Assembly (NCBI GenBank): GCA_036172245.1
Contig: JAYWIR010000071.1
Location: 372,001 to 418,360, forward strand
Source of the DNA: Raillietiella orientalis
Taxonomy: Eukaryota
Direction of reading: 5' to 3'
DNA length: 46,360 bases
The notes below the pieces were generated by a model. It was not told where the DNA came from. It made no database searches and saw only the letters and a program-made list of their open reading frames with translations. The translations under genes and the position numbers were made by a program. The first letter of the stretch is position 1, and each line of letters begins with the position of its first letter. Below are positions 1 through 12,357 of this stretch, piece by piece.

Positions 1-2550
1 CATCCACGAGGGGGGAGGGGCGAACTCCTTTCACAACCGGACGGGAATCCCCACTCTTTGCTTCTGTTTCCCGGAAGGACTCCAGAGGATCGACTCCCAA
101 TCCCGGGCACTCATCGGAGGCATCCAGTTTGAACCGCTACCGGTACTGCACCCGAATAATTGGCCAACTAGCCTCATCTCGCGGTGGGGATTCGAACCCA
201 CGACGCATCCCCATCTCTCGGCATCGATTCTTTCCGCGTATTCACCTGCCACGCCTGGTGGTGCCACGCTCAGAGACCGCAACCTCGTGGCCTCCGACGC
301 GGGCTGGTGGCCAACAGTGGTTCGGAGTTTCTACCACGATAAGTAGGAGGCGGATGCATTCTGTAAGGCTGGCGCAACCGTCAAAACGGGGAAGCTGCAG
401 CTTTCGTCCCGGCGCATGAGCGTACATTCGCGCTAAGGAGGATACGAGGCGCGCGTGCTAGGCTCTCAGGGAGAGATTGCTGATCCCAGCTGAAGTTCCT
501 GTCTGCAATTCCCCTGTCCTTCTCTCGGAGATTTCGTTAGGAGGCTCACCCGCTGGAGGCGTCTCTTGCGCAGAAGCCAACCTGTGAGAAACGCATTGCA
601 CTAGGGTCCTTTCCTTAGTGCAATGCATAAAAGGCTGGAGGTTCGTCGTGTGGCCTAGACGAAAGCCGGGGCTTAGAGACACGTCTGGCAGTCCGGGACG
701 ACCAGGGCCAAGAGCGCTCGTCTCCGGATGAAATACGGAGCACCGAGCGCCAATTTTATTCCTCCATGTGCGCGACAACACCATCGGAACGCGACTTGCT
801 GCCTGGTGTTCCCGTGATCGGGGAGTAGCGAACTCCTCTTGAGCGAGTCTTCGCGGCAGGAGAGATCATCTCCATCATCAGCAAGGTCAACAGGAGGAAA
901 GCACCAGGGGAGGACAGCCTTCTGCTAAATTTTACCAGTGTTTCGCGGCAGAGATGACCCTGCCGGTACATCGGATATGCCCCGCTGATTCGGGAGACAG
1001 ACGAGCTGCCCGCCTCCTTCCCATTAGCAAAAGTACGTTTCCTTCCAAAGGGAGGAGACCAGCGTCCGGTTACCGTGATTAACACGGAAGCCAAGCTGCC
1101 TGCAAAGCTATGGACTGAATGCCTGGGGCGGTTAGCGGAAACCTTAACCAGTCCGGGATAGACTCACGCTGTTCCCGGACGAAGCGTGGAAACAAACCCG
1201 TTCCTTGTCAGATACTGGCCTCCGTTGAGACGAAGGGTTACGCCAATCGGCAAAAAAAATCCTGAATACCAAGATGGCCAGGGAGTAAGAGGCTACGCTG
1301 ACTCGGAGGCGTCGGGAGCCCTTGCTATCGCAGTAGGTTTGCAAAAGGATTCGACTGCGCCGACCAGGATCCTTTTGGAACTTCTGGAACTCATGGGTTT
1401 TTTGGATGCCCTCCTGGCCTACCTGCACTCCTGCTGGTGCGATAATCAACCTTTTTTTAGGGCCGACACGCATACGGCGTATCAATAAGGCATGGGCTTC
1501 GGCAAGGAGACAGCCTGAGCTCGTTGGTCTTCATCATCTACTTCGAGTTGGTGCCTAGAGCGTAGAGACAACTCTTGCTGCCCTTGCCAGCTCGTGCCCC
1601 GGTACGCCTATTGTGTCGTCCTAAGAGGACGATCTTCTGCTCCTGTTATTCGTGTCATCCTTGGCAGCACCTCTCGAGGAATTCCTCGAGCGGCGCTGCA
1701 GGGAAGCTGGCATGAGTGTAGACAGGGCGAATCGAGACAGTTCTTCCCGTTGGTGCGGCGTAAGCAGAGTAACCGGACTGGATCCACTTGGGGATCCCTA
1801 CGGTCAGGTGCCTGAAGTACTTGGGAGTCCCGTTTTGGGGGAATTGGACTTCTGCATAGCAGCAGCCTGGTCCAGTTGCCTCCAAAAGGCAGAATCGGCG
1901 CTCATCCCGTTCCTAAATGCCAAGTTTCTCTAACTGAAACGGACTGTCTCGTGAAACACATTTGTGGTTCCTCTCCTCCTACCCTGCGTTTTGTTTGTTC
2001 CCCGCACAGAGATATGACAAAGCGGACCAAGGACCTTCTGAGAAAGCCTTCTGGAGAATGCAGAGGTCCTGGGTCTACATGAAGAACTTGTGCGCGCTGC
2101 GTCCGGGAGTATGAATTCGTTGTATTCTCATCAGCTCAGAACTGAGCTGGTGAGAATAGAGCGTAAGGTCCAGTTCCGAAGAAGAGTTCTAGTGGCAAAG
2201 TTCTGGACCACCCATTGGTGCATCCCAGCCAGACTCCTGGCTAAGATGGAGCTAACAGCCGGCGCCGAGAGACTCGGTCCGTCCTTCGTGCATGGCCACC
2301 GAGAGTTGCCCCGATGCGGGTACCAACTCGGGAAAATGGCCGCCTTGGTCCAGGAGAACAGATCCTGGAAGCAGGAAACAGTTCAGCATTGGAAGAAAAG
2401 AAACGGAGTGAGTCTGGAGCCATCGTGATTCTTGAACTGCTCGTCGTAAGAAATCATGGACTGCCCAAGGAAGACCACCTGGACTCAATTGCAGCCACCA
2501 TGAACACAATCCAACATGGCGGTGGCCTTGCAAGATGGGGAGTCTCCTGA
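1..2550 (+). mobile_element. Decayed Tx1-like non-LTR retrotransposon (ORF1 remnant + RT region; no recognisable APE domain)
   Basis: Frameshifted translations match the intact ORF2 at 37372: KVNRRKAPGED (~885-915), ELPASFPLAKVRFLPKGGDQRPVTVINTEAKLPAKLW (~1003-1113, cf. RLPASFHEGRMKLLPKGGD...RPITILNTDAKWLAKIW), HAVPGRS (~1166), GLRQGDSLS (~1495), EDDLLL (~1626), LKYLGVP (~1812). Bases 165-390 give an ORF1-like TSLI..GFEPTTHP..SILSAY / FYHDK.EADAFC. Boundaries approximate. Confidence 0.8.
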
Positions 2551-2599
2551 GAAATCGCGGGTAAAAGGAAGAAGTTGGGATGCTGGACTGCACGTCAAC

Positions 2600-3345
2600 T
2601 GACTGACGCTTGTACCACCGCCGCTCTCCCCAGAGGAATTCTTCGCTGAGCAGAGCTTCTGGACGTTCGTTTAGAAGAGGTGCAGACTGCCCCAGTGTTT
2701 GTGGACAGCTCCACGCTCCCCCTCAAGTGGTGGGACTCGGCAATGCAGTTGCTGCGCTGGGCGATCCTGTGCAACGCACGAGCCCACCTCTGGACGAGGG
2801 GGAGCGCGGCCCCAGACTGTGCGGGGAACGGGAAACCTTTCCGCAACTGTTGTTGGATTGAGTCGTTGCCCTCCTGAGCGTCCGGGAACGCCCCGCTGCG
2901 ACCCTCCCACTCGCGACGCACAACGGCAGAGAGGTCTTGCGGCGCCTCTTCGCGAGCGACTCGATGTCTCCTGCAGCTTCCCTTGCGGCTCTGTGATGAC
3001 TGTGGAGGCGAGAAGCTGCGCCGAAAAGGGCCGGTCGAACGGTGAGGTCGCAATTGCCTGCTCCTTCATGAGGAAGGCGACAGGATGGCCACCAAAGCTC
3101 TGCCAGCAAAAGGAGGAAGATGCCAACATCCTCGGGAGGATGCTGAGGAAATCAGGAAGAAATCTGTGATCCCGTCCCTTCCCCCCAAGATTTTTTACAC
3201 TGAACTTTGGTGTTCTTTTTTTTTTTGTTTCTGTTCCTGTGTGGATCTCATCGGGGAGCTGCTCACGAGAAGCAGCGCCTCCGATGCATCTGCCCCCGTG
3301 GTGGTCCATTTTTACATTTCATACGACTTCTATCTTTTTTTGTAA
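2600..3345 (+). mobile_element. Decayed 3' end of a Tx1-like ORF2 plus T-rich 3' region
   Basis: RLCGERETFPQLLLD at ~2814-2858 resembles the ORF2 C-terminal zinc motif (CLACGEEETQLHVLTC in the intact copy; CKSCGGVETLPHLLLDC at ~14750-14800). Confidence 0.6.
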
Positions 3346-3376
3346 AAATTTTTTTTGCAGTAAACGCCTAGCGTGA

Positions 3377-4090
3377 TTGGGTGAAAATAAAGGGGCGACG
3401 CCGAGAACGGGGAGTGCCTCGTGGGTTTCGAGCTCTCCCCGCACGATGACGCTGGTTGGCTCATGGGCTTCGGATGCGGCACTGGTGAGTGGAAACCGGT
3501 TGCCCCTGTTGACCTTCCGGGTCCTTTCAGGAATTATGAAGCGATTCGGGGTTCCTCTTCAGTTGTGTAAATGAAGTCTCTCCCCCCCTCCCTCTCGAAG
3601 GGGATCCTCCGCATTCCATGGAGCTGGTTGATACCTCCCTCGAGGGTTTGCCTCTCCAGAGTGAAAGAAGCGCGCTGATCCCTTTCGGGAGCAACTCTTC
3701 ATAGAAATTTGGAAGCATTCCTTCCAGAGGAGGAAACGACGGAACGGTTCCCTTGCGGGTTCCCTTCGGAGAAGAAAATGAGGAGCGAGGTTTCCCTCCG
3801 GAGAGAACAAGGAAGAAGAGTTTTCCTTCGGGTCTCCTTTGGAAGACAACCAGGGAAAGAACCCTCTTCGGAGTTCTCCTCCCAAGCATAAGAGAACGGA
3901 CTCTTTCCTGCGGCGCCTTCCTGGATTCATAGGGTAGTTACCTGTCGGGTGCCCCTTAACTTGAAGAGTTACACGCACCCTCGGGTAGCGCGGACAGTGT
4001 TAGGGAGTTTTATGAGTCCCTCCCCCTACTACCCCAAGAAGGGGAACGGTTCTTCAGCACTAGGCGAATCAGGAAAATAAAAGAAAGCCT
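3377..4090 (-). mobile_element. 5' region/ORF1 start of the decayed Tx1-like family, inverted copy
   Basis: The reverse complement aligns by eye with 6370-7200 (CCCGAGGG.GCGTGTAA.TCTTCAAG...CCTATGAATCCAGGAAGG) and with 1-230 (GCCAAC.AGC.TCATC...AACCCACGA.GCA). Confidence 0.7.
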
Positions 4091-4329
4091 CCTGAAGGTC
4101 GACTGCGATGGCCGTCGTTCCGCTGCCGGGTGGAGCCCCGCGCGAACTCCCGCGCTTCTCGTGCTGTCGTTAGAAGCAGCCGTAGCGTTTCCCTCCTGTA
4201 GGCGCGGACCAGATGTGGGCGGAGAGCAGGTAGGTCTTGGGGTCTCGTAGGTCCGGTCCGCCAGCACCCCGACGTGACCTTGTCATCCCGGATAGCCGGA
4301 CCGTTTCTTTCAGATCCCCCCAATCAATC

Positions 4330-4800
4330 GAAGCAAAACAGTCCAAGACCGACATGCGTCGGTCGTGACCGGGAGTAAACGGCTGCAGGTCTTCACTCCG
4401 CCACGAGGTAAGAAAGGGGCATCAGGAGCGAGCTCGGAAAAAGATTGCTCCCCTCCCCCCCTCACCTGCGGCGCTGCAGCTTTCGACCTGTACCTGGAGC
4501 AGCCGCGGGAGAGGCACCGACCACAGGAACATCACAGAGTGCTCCCATCCTCTGAAGGCTTCCTTTGACTGGCTTGAGGTTCTCGTGAGGAATTTTTCTC
4601 TGCCACTGGAGACGGCTCGAGCCAAGGTCCTAAGGAGTTCAGCAGAATGCCGACAAGGTCTCCCAGTCCTTGCACGTCTCGAATGCGGTCGTTTATTTCG
4701 ATATGCGAGCGTCAGAAAAATCGTCAAGTTAATCAAAGTGCAATCGAACTGGAGATGCGCAGCAAGACGACCAGTCTCCAGAAAAAGGTCTCTACCGGTC
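4330..4800 (+). mobile_element. Short decayed LINE RT fragment
   Basis: RGIR... / DCSPPPL...FDLYLEQ around 4415-4500 resembles RT motif B (RGVRQGDALSPMLFVLYME). Confidence 0.4.
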
Positions 4801-4801
4801 G

Positions 4802-7800
4802 TTACATCTGATTTCCAGGTGCTGTCAGCGAGGGCTCTTGGCTGGCGTGTCTTCCCTCTCCGGGAGGAGGTTCTGCGGCGGCACGATGCTCGATCGAAAT
4901 CTTCCTATCGAAAACATCAATTGTCGTGCTCTTTACTTGCTCCAGTATTTTCGAGGACAGCTGAACTTCCATCAGACTCGTAGGTGTGAATATGAGGAAG
5001 CATTCTCCTTTGACCTGCAGAGCAAGTAAGCATAAACTTCGTTGTCCGCGCGGACAGGTGTGTGGATGGGAAGCGGAGCGGTAGGGGGCTGATTGGCGCA
5101 TCTGTCTCGGACACCTTTTCAAGCGCTGCTGAACAGACGAGTCATAAATGTAGACATGCTGGAGATGACCGACATTCCCACCCACCCCCTCAAATCACGA
5201 GCCGATTTGGGTTTCGGGCCGCACCTCCTTTCCAGGGCAGTGGAAGGCTGGTTTCCTTCCTGACAAAGGAGAGTCGCGAAGCAAACTTCCCAAAGACGCG
5301 AAGATGGTCAGCGTGGAAATGGATGGAGTCCGCGGAAGCAGGGGCGCCAGCCAAGCGCGCCGAGTTTCACGGGAGTCTCGCACGTTCTCGCTCCGAAGAC
5401 GCTTCTATGGTGCTAACGGAAGAGGGCCAGTCAAGGAAGATCCTCTCCAAAGAGGTTTCCGGAGGCCGCAGATGATAACGAGCGAGGGGATAAGACGCGG
5501 GTGATGCGTTCTGTGGCCTGGAGAGGGAGCCGCGATCGGTAATAAAAAAAAAAAAAAAAAGTGTGAAAAAGGTCGGTTCACCTGAGTGATATATTGCTTG
5601 TGGTTCAGAGTGAGGATCCGATCTTCCGTTAGATGTAAGTTGATGATAGGTAATCCCTCAGTTTTATTCAAAACGCTGCAATTCACCTGTAGAGAAATCT
5701 CTTGGCTGGAAGATCAACGGGAACGGCAACTCACTTGGCTAAACTTGTGCCTCACGGTCTTTGCGTCGAGAAGGTGTGCCAGTTTCCGCACGAATGGCTT
5801 GTGGGCAAAACTCCAGACCGTGCTTGGGGAGAAGCAGGAAGACATTGAGCTACTCGATGCGTATAGGACCTTATCGTCCTTCGTGATATCGATTCTGCGA
5901 ACAAACAATCATTACAGCATTTAGAAGGTAAGGGACCTTGGGGAGGCGTTCCCTGAGCTGGTGGGAACGCAGAAGCTGCCGAAACGAGGAACCGCCTCGC
6001 TCTTTTGGTGGGGAACGAGCGTCAACTACCAGCAAAAGTCCCTCGAATGCCCACAGGAATATCGTGGGTCCTCAGCTGCCGAAACGATGGTTGGTATTTT
6101 CATTCTGTTACGAAAGGAGGAGTCGGGCGGCAAATGTTCCACACAGACCGCGCTGTTTTGGCAGCTCGGACCAGGAAACGCGCGGCTTGCAAATAGTTCG
6201 TGCAAGAGCAGCAAGAACTATCCGCAGTGGCGTGGTCCAGATGGACCACTCCGAAATGGCGTTGCTCGAGATACGCCACTCCGAAATCGAGGATGATGGA
6301 GATCTTTTGGGGGTTCCTTGCTGTCTTCGCTGTTTTCCTTCCGTTTTTTTTTTTTTTTTCCTTTCGGGTTTTGATTTTTTTGGCTCGTCAAGTACCTCAA
6401 GAACCGTCGCGTCCCTGGAGGCGGCTCACGCAGCTCTTCAATGCTGTTCCACCCCACCCGAGGGAGCGTGTAATTCTTCAAGATAGGGGTACACCGGGAT
6501 GGAATCATCCTATGAATCCAGGAAGGGCTTCGGAAAAGGGAATCCGTGACTCTCATGCCGGAGAAGGGATCCCCAAAGGGAATCCCCCTCCCGGTTGTCT
6601 CCAAAGAGAAGCCCATAAGGAATCTCCTTCTTATTCTCTCCGGAGAAACACCTCCCGGAGGGGATTCCGCACCATTTCATCTTCTCCGAAGGGAACCGGA
6701 TCCGCTAGTAGGAATTTCTTCTCCGGAGGGAACCCTCAAGGGAACCTCTCCTGTTTACTCCTCTGAAGAAGACCCCGAAAGGACGCTTCTGAATTTTCTC
6801 AGAAGGGCTCTCCCTGAAGAGAGCGCAGCATGCTTCTCTGCACTCTGAAGAGGCATCATCAATCCGCCGGCTCCATAGTACGAGACGAAGGGTCCTCTCC
6901 GAAGAGAAGGGTCCGCTACTTTGCACGACCGGAGGGGGAACTCTCTATTCCTTGACTTCTGGAAGGATCCCGGTGAGTCGACTCTTAATCCTGGCCACTC
7001 ATAGGGGACCTCCGGTTTGAACCGCTACCAGTACCGCCACACCCGAACGAATGCAGGCCAACCAGTGTCATCTCGCAGGAGGACGCACCCCTCCTTGTCC
7101 CGTTGTCGCTTCTTTCCGCGTATTCGAACCCACGACGCTTGGCGGTGCCACGCGCAGAGACCACAACCTCGTGGCCTCCGACCGGGATACACAGTTGCCG
7201 CGGGGAGCAAAACACTCGATGCCTTTACTTGCGTATATCGAAAGAGTATACGTTGCTCTGCCTGAGATCCATCGTTGTGACTTCCCCTTCCAAAGATTTG
7301 CTCCTGTTGTAGTTCAGCGTGAGAATTCCTCCTCTCTCTCTAGATAGGGAAACACAATTGGCATCAGAACCTTCCTTGATGATATATCATCTCACCCATT
7401 AAGTTCCAGTGTCATCTGTAACTGCTTGAGATTCAAACTGTCTTTGATTAAACTCTCCATAGTAAACCTCTTTATAGTGAAGCTGCCATCAAATTGAAAC
7501 CCGTGATACAGGGAATGCCGTGGCTGCTTATGGTTCGTGATGGCCCGAACAGGATAGCGCACACCCTGCAATAAAGATGGAGCTCCATCCACCGTGGAAA
7601 TCTGAGAATAAATTTACTTTCAGCGCTTCACTTCACATCGTGGGGCGGGGTAGATAGGAGCGTAGGTGCATGTTTCGAAAGATCCTGTGTGCAATGAGAG
7701 CTTCGGGAAAAATGCGCCACGACTAGGAGTTGCACTTCGAATGCGTCACGATGATGCACAAGAAGACATCCGGAATGCAGTTTCCAGCACGTCAGCGCAC

Positions 7801-8480
7801 CCTACCTCTTGGGTTCTCTCGAAAAAGCTCACCAGTGTGATGAGCATCCCTCTCAGGGGACGCCAGCGCGATGTGAAAGCGACCAAACAAACGGTACCGG
7901 GATGTTCTCCTTCCGCTAGGACACAGGGAATCACTCACCTGGATGATATCAGATCCTTTGATGAATTTCACTTCATCACCGCCGTGGTACATTCCTGTAA
8001 CATCAGACGATTCCAGCTTCCAGGTTTTGGATTTATGCAGACGGATTTTTTTCTTGTCATCTATGCAACAGCGACAAGCTTGGAAAGATAACGCTCTGCG
8101 AGCACCTACTGCATGTTTTTCTGTGACATTTCGGATGATACACCGTTATGAACTCTGACTCGGTGTCAAAGTTGAGATCAAATAAGTCGTTTCCCGATCC
8201 TACTTTCGCTTTCAGCAAGTACAGGCCCTAAATTCTGATCATGGGACATAAAGGAACCACCAGAACCTTACGCTCGCATAATGTAGATTTATCTTTTCTT
8301 CACTGGAAAATTCGGAAGCAGCAGTCCGTTCGGAAGCCACAGTCCATCCGAATGTGGCGCTGTTTGGAATAACAGCATCCGTGAGGATTGATTTCTTCAA
8401 GATTCAGAAACATCTTACCAGAAAAGCCACAGGAGTCCCGCGAGAAATGAGGGAAAGAAGAGGTTTCTGGATTCCCACAT
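4802..8480 (-). CDS. Secreted pepsin/cathepsin-D-like (A1 family) aspartic protease homologue, predicted inactive, 394 aa, 9 exons
   Basis: Hand-spliced exons, all GT-AG and phase-consistent: 8480-8419, 8359-8272, 8227-8110, 8060-7939, 7601-7396, 7339-7229, 5894-5735, 5686-5582, 5014-4802 (1185 nt, no internal stop). Features in order: hydrophobic N-terminus MWESRNLFFPSFLAGLLWLFCATFG; YLLKAKVGSGNDLFDLNFDTESEFITVYHPKCHRKTC; KSKTW; flap Y in MYHGG; QFDG; GGILTL; VNCS..LPIINLHL..LTLNHKQYI; terminal IDVFDRKISI. These are colinear with the pepsin fold. Confidence 0.85.
5060..5560 (+). mobile_element. Probable retroelement 3' remnant with poly(A), antisense within intron 8 of the protease-like gene
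   Basis: GC-rich block ending in AATAAA plus an A17 run (5541-5560). No convincing protein motifs. Confidence 0.4.
6370..7200 (+). mobile_element. 5' region/ORF1 start of the decayed Tx1-like family, within intron 6 of the protease-like gene
   Basis: 6900-7190 is a diverged direct repeat of 1-300 (shared GTTTGAACCGCTACC, TTCTTTCCGCGTATTC, CAACCTCGTGGCCTCCGAC). 6370-6960 is an inverted homologue of 3530-4090. Confidence 0.75.
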
Positions 8481-8619
8481 GTCTGGATCGCAAGGGTGAG
8501 TTTTTAGACCAAGACCTCTACGAGAACTTTTGATCCGTAGCTATCTGTGTGCCATCTCGAGATGTCAACAAGGGAAAGGTATTTTATCTCCAGAATTTGC
8601 ACTTTTATTGCTAATGCAG

Positions 8620-9331
8620 GTGTGGATCGCAGTGATCTGTTTATGGTTACCGGAAGAAATTACCAGTGAGAAGCCATTATCCAGCTGTCGTGCCTGTCGT
8701 CTGTAAAAATCCAGAATATTCTTTCAAATGGAACTTGATCAGGCTCAATGATTGATGTGGATGACGAGAAGATCAACATCCCAATTGCACCCTGCATCCA
8801 CTTTGAGGGGAACGATTATTCAACATCGTGCTCCAGAAGATTATACAAGAGGCTGGAGACGCTGAATACGAGCTTTAAAAGTCCTTCTTCCTCCCCCCCC
8901 TCCTCACCGCGACAGCCTATTATGCAGATTCACGTGACAGATTGGGATAGTTTCGTCAGTGAACTTCTGAATTCGGAGGAATTTCCAGGTATGTTAATTT
9001 CCATCTGCAAAAGAACTTCGTCGTACGTCCGCCGTAATTCCTCTTTCCAACCATTCAGGTTGACAAATGCGCAGGCGACGAATGAAAAAAGATCGTATTT
9101 TTTTCTAATCTTTCCATTGGTACATCATAGGATAGAGAAAGCTCTTGCAAGCTCACTGAATCTACTGTACCAGCTCGATTACCCATAATGCTGCCACCAT
9201 CATTATGGGTAATGGAGCGCTTCAGCTATCCTGAAAGAGCAATGGAAATGCTTTCTTGCATTACGGATGATATCTACATGATGAACTGATGAACTGCTCT
9301 GGATGGAGCCATCAGGAAAGATGTTTCACGC
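8620..9331 (+). pseudogene. Possible disrupted spliced coding remnant of unknown family
   Basis: Acceptor/donor-like sites (TAATGCAG|GT 8619, CCAG|GTATGT ~8988, CATTCAG|G ~9058, GC|GTGAGT ~9331) flank coding-looking frames interrupted by stops and frameshifts. No family recognised. Confidence 0.25.
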
Positions 9332-9987
9332 GTGAGTTATGTTAGAGAGATCATTCGAGCTGCTCACCTGCGAAGTTGCCTCACCGAGAAGACTGCAAGT
9401 GGTCTTGCTGAAGGCGCTGCATAATTTCCGTGATCCGATCGCAAGCATTTCAGGGGTTGTTTCATGGTCACCCATAGAGTCGTGGGTAAGGTGGAACAAG
9501 CCCTGAAGTGCGGGAAAAGCCAGGCAATGCGCTGCTGAAAGAGGCAGAGCTGCGAGGGAGGTTCCAAACTAAAGCGGCGTTCTGCGGGGAGTGTGATAAC
9601 TTTCCTTTTTTTTTTATTTTTATTTTTTTTATGTGCGGTGGATCTTGGATAAAAAGTAATGACTTCGCCACTGCAAGCTGGAGTCTGAGCATCCCAAAGT
9701 GAGGAAGACATGACATTTCTGGGTCCCTAACCCAAAAATTCAACTGCATGTAGGTTTCAACTTTTGGAGTCTGGTTTGAAATGTATGCTTATTCTGCATA
9801 GATTAATATGCAAATTTATTTCTATATTCATATTTATTAACATACATATTTTTAACAGTAATACTGTTGGAACAGATACGTTTACTAAGATTCAGTAACA
9901 TACATTTTATTAATAAAATCGATAAGTTGTTGATTATATTGGTGATACATAAATTGAAAATTATAAAAAATAAATATATATGTTTGT

Positions 9988-10014
9988 TATATATATATAT
10001 ATATATATATATAT
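9988..10014. repeat. (TA)n microsatellite in an AT-rich tract
   Basis: Direct reading: ~13 TA units. Confidence 0.95.
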
Positions 10015-10569
10015 GCATGCACATATTCATATTCATATACCCACATACATATAAAATCGTGTAGGCAACCCCTATGTAAGAGATTGGGAGCAAGATTTCC
10101 TCTTTACCAGGCTGGCGTCTTTGCCGTGGTACGAGCTATTTCCTGGATTTTATCCAATATGTAGTGATGGCTTTATTGGGATTGTCCCGCAGTTGCGGGT
10201 CTCCATCTGGCGTTCGAGAAAATCTTGTAGATGTCGGTGACTGCTACGTCTCTTCCTCGTTCCAGAATTGCCCTTCTGGTCATTATCCTGATAAAGAAGA
10301 GGACTGCTATCAACCTCACTATTGATTTCGACGTAGGGGCATTTCCTTCTCCCTCTTATACCCACTGAGTACTTTGGGCCTAGTTTAGTCTTCTGGATTC
10401 ACAGCCTTCTTGCTTCCTTGCCGGTCTTTGTGCATGGGATGGCAGGTAAACAGACGACGCGCTGTTTTCCCTGAATCCACGCGCATGGTGAAATTTCTTT
10501 CGCAGAAGCGAACGACTCTGCTTCCGTGAAAGGAAGACATTATGAAAAAGCATAAAGACCTGCACCTGG

Positions 10570-10870
10570 GACTACAGCTTCCGCGGCTTTGCCCCCAGTG
10601 CTTGCGACTCGTCCCTAGGGACCCTGAAGGTTAGTCTTGACTTCTCGAGGTCTTCGCGAGCAATACTTGGTCTTGTCGCCGGTTCCCTGGATACCCTTCT
10701 CTGCAATTTGGATCCAATCGCTGTTTCTGACTCTTCGGATTTCACGCCTTTTCCGCTTGGCGGAACCTTCCATATTCCTTCTGCACTCCTACAGAGACAT
10801 TCGCGCAAATCGTCCGCACCCCAGAAATGGTCAGACTGCTCCTTTTTTCCAATCATCTTCCTGCTGATTG
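10570..10870 (-). mobile_element. Decayed Tx1-like ORF1 zinc-knuckle remnant
   Basis: EQSDHFW / REC / ECRR fragments resemble CGQRGHFFREC...ECRRY of the intact ORF1. Confidence 0.35.
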
Positions 10871-11299
10871 TGGTAAAGAGGCGAACGAAGGAAGAAGCAC
10901 TCTAACCTGTTCTTTGGGACCGAATTTCTAGCTTTTCGGCACTAAGGCGGAAGCTTTGTCCATGACCAACTGGTGTTTGGTTCACTTGGCTCCACCTCTG
11001 GTATCCACTTTTTCCGATCGTCAGTAAGTGTCGGTGTTAGCTCCTCTGAGCCATTGACCCGCTTTGCACATGCCCTATGGAAAACATGCAGTCAATCGTC
11101 CCAGCAACAGTGCATTAACCACTTGGGAAAACTCCCCTTTAGGGAATGTGGTTTGCTTTCAAGGGTTCAGTGCAAGACCATTGAGGCGCCATGCGTCCCC
11201 TACTGCACCATTAGGATGGGGAACAACTGGATGCATCTGCAGCGTAAAAGTGAACTTTCGGTGTTCGCTCACTAGGAGACGTGTCGACTGGCGAACGAA

Positions 11300-11760
11300 G
11301 CTACGACTGAAGATCGAGCTTAGAATCCGCAAACATGGAAGGAGTTTCTCGGCATTTCCCGTGAAAGCTCCAAGATCCCAGGGTTCCTAGTTTTCGCCCC
11401 TCCTTCCGGTCTGCCTCTCCGTGATGATCAGGATGCCATCTTCGTGCACTGGGCTCTCCCCCGTCACGCCAGCACGACCCGATGGGAATAGTGTACAAGG
11501 AATGCACCCCCTATGAAGGAGGGGGGAGACCCTTCCACGTGCTATTTGAATGCGGAAGTCTGGGTCAGAGATGGAAGTGCATGATCTTCCTTATGCTGCT
11601 CCGCGTGACCTGTCTAGAAACATGTACGCGTTGCCAGGCTTACCAGTAGCCTCCTCCCTGGAGGTTTCCTGACACGTGCGAGCGACAGTGGGCGCCATGA
11701 TCATGAAAAAAAAAAAGAGGGTGGCTCGCATCTCAGAGAACCGTTTGCGATCGCCATCGC
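11300..11760 (+). mobile_element. Decayed LINE ORF2 C-terminal remnant
   Basis: KEC...ET.FHVLFEC at ~11495-11553 resembles the C-terminal zinc motif of L1/Tx1 ORF2. Confidence 0.4.
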
Positions 11761-12357
11761 CTTTATTAAAATGGAAAAGAAATGTTCCAATCTGGGATGT
11801 GGAGTAGACTACCACCGGGCACATTCTCATGAGCATACCCTCAGAGTGCTTACCTGCATCAACCCAAACATCATCCTCGAACCTATGATGGCGTTCATCC
11901 AAGCCTGCATCTCTTCCACGTTAGATTTCCTTTAGACACAGAATAACCATAATATCGACATTTCACCAGGGATTCCTCCTTCATCCATACAGACCATGAC
12001 GCATTCTCCTATCCCCCCCATTATCATAGATATCTTCCTTTTTAACCTGCCTCACAGACAACGAGTACGATTTCCATTTTATGTAAAATCCTAAATATGC
12101 TTCCTTGAAAGAAAGCCATGAAACGAGGATCCTCATTCTTAGGTTGTTCTTCGGATGAAAACACAATAAACGCATTCGAATCTTGAGAAATTCTTAAGAA
12201 ATTAAAATTTTTGATTCAAGGAAAGAATCTTTGGCTCAATATTTAATCCCGGGTCACTTAGCATCTACTGAATCACGCTCAAAGACCTCACATAAAACCC
12301 TTTCCCATATCAGACCTCCAGCATCTCATCGAAGTATTAAATCCATAATTGTTCCTC

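Noticed and set aside
184..206. tRNA T-arm/B-box-like GTGGGTTCGAATCCCCAC on the minus strand
   Set aside because: No acceptor stem, D arm or anticodon arm. It falls in decayed ORF1 coding sequence, and the homologous copy near 3420-3440 lacks the motif.
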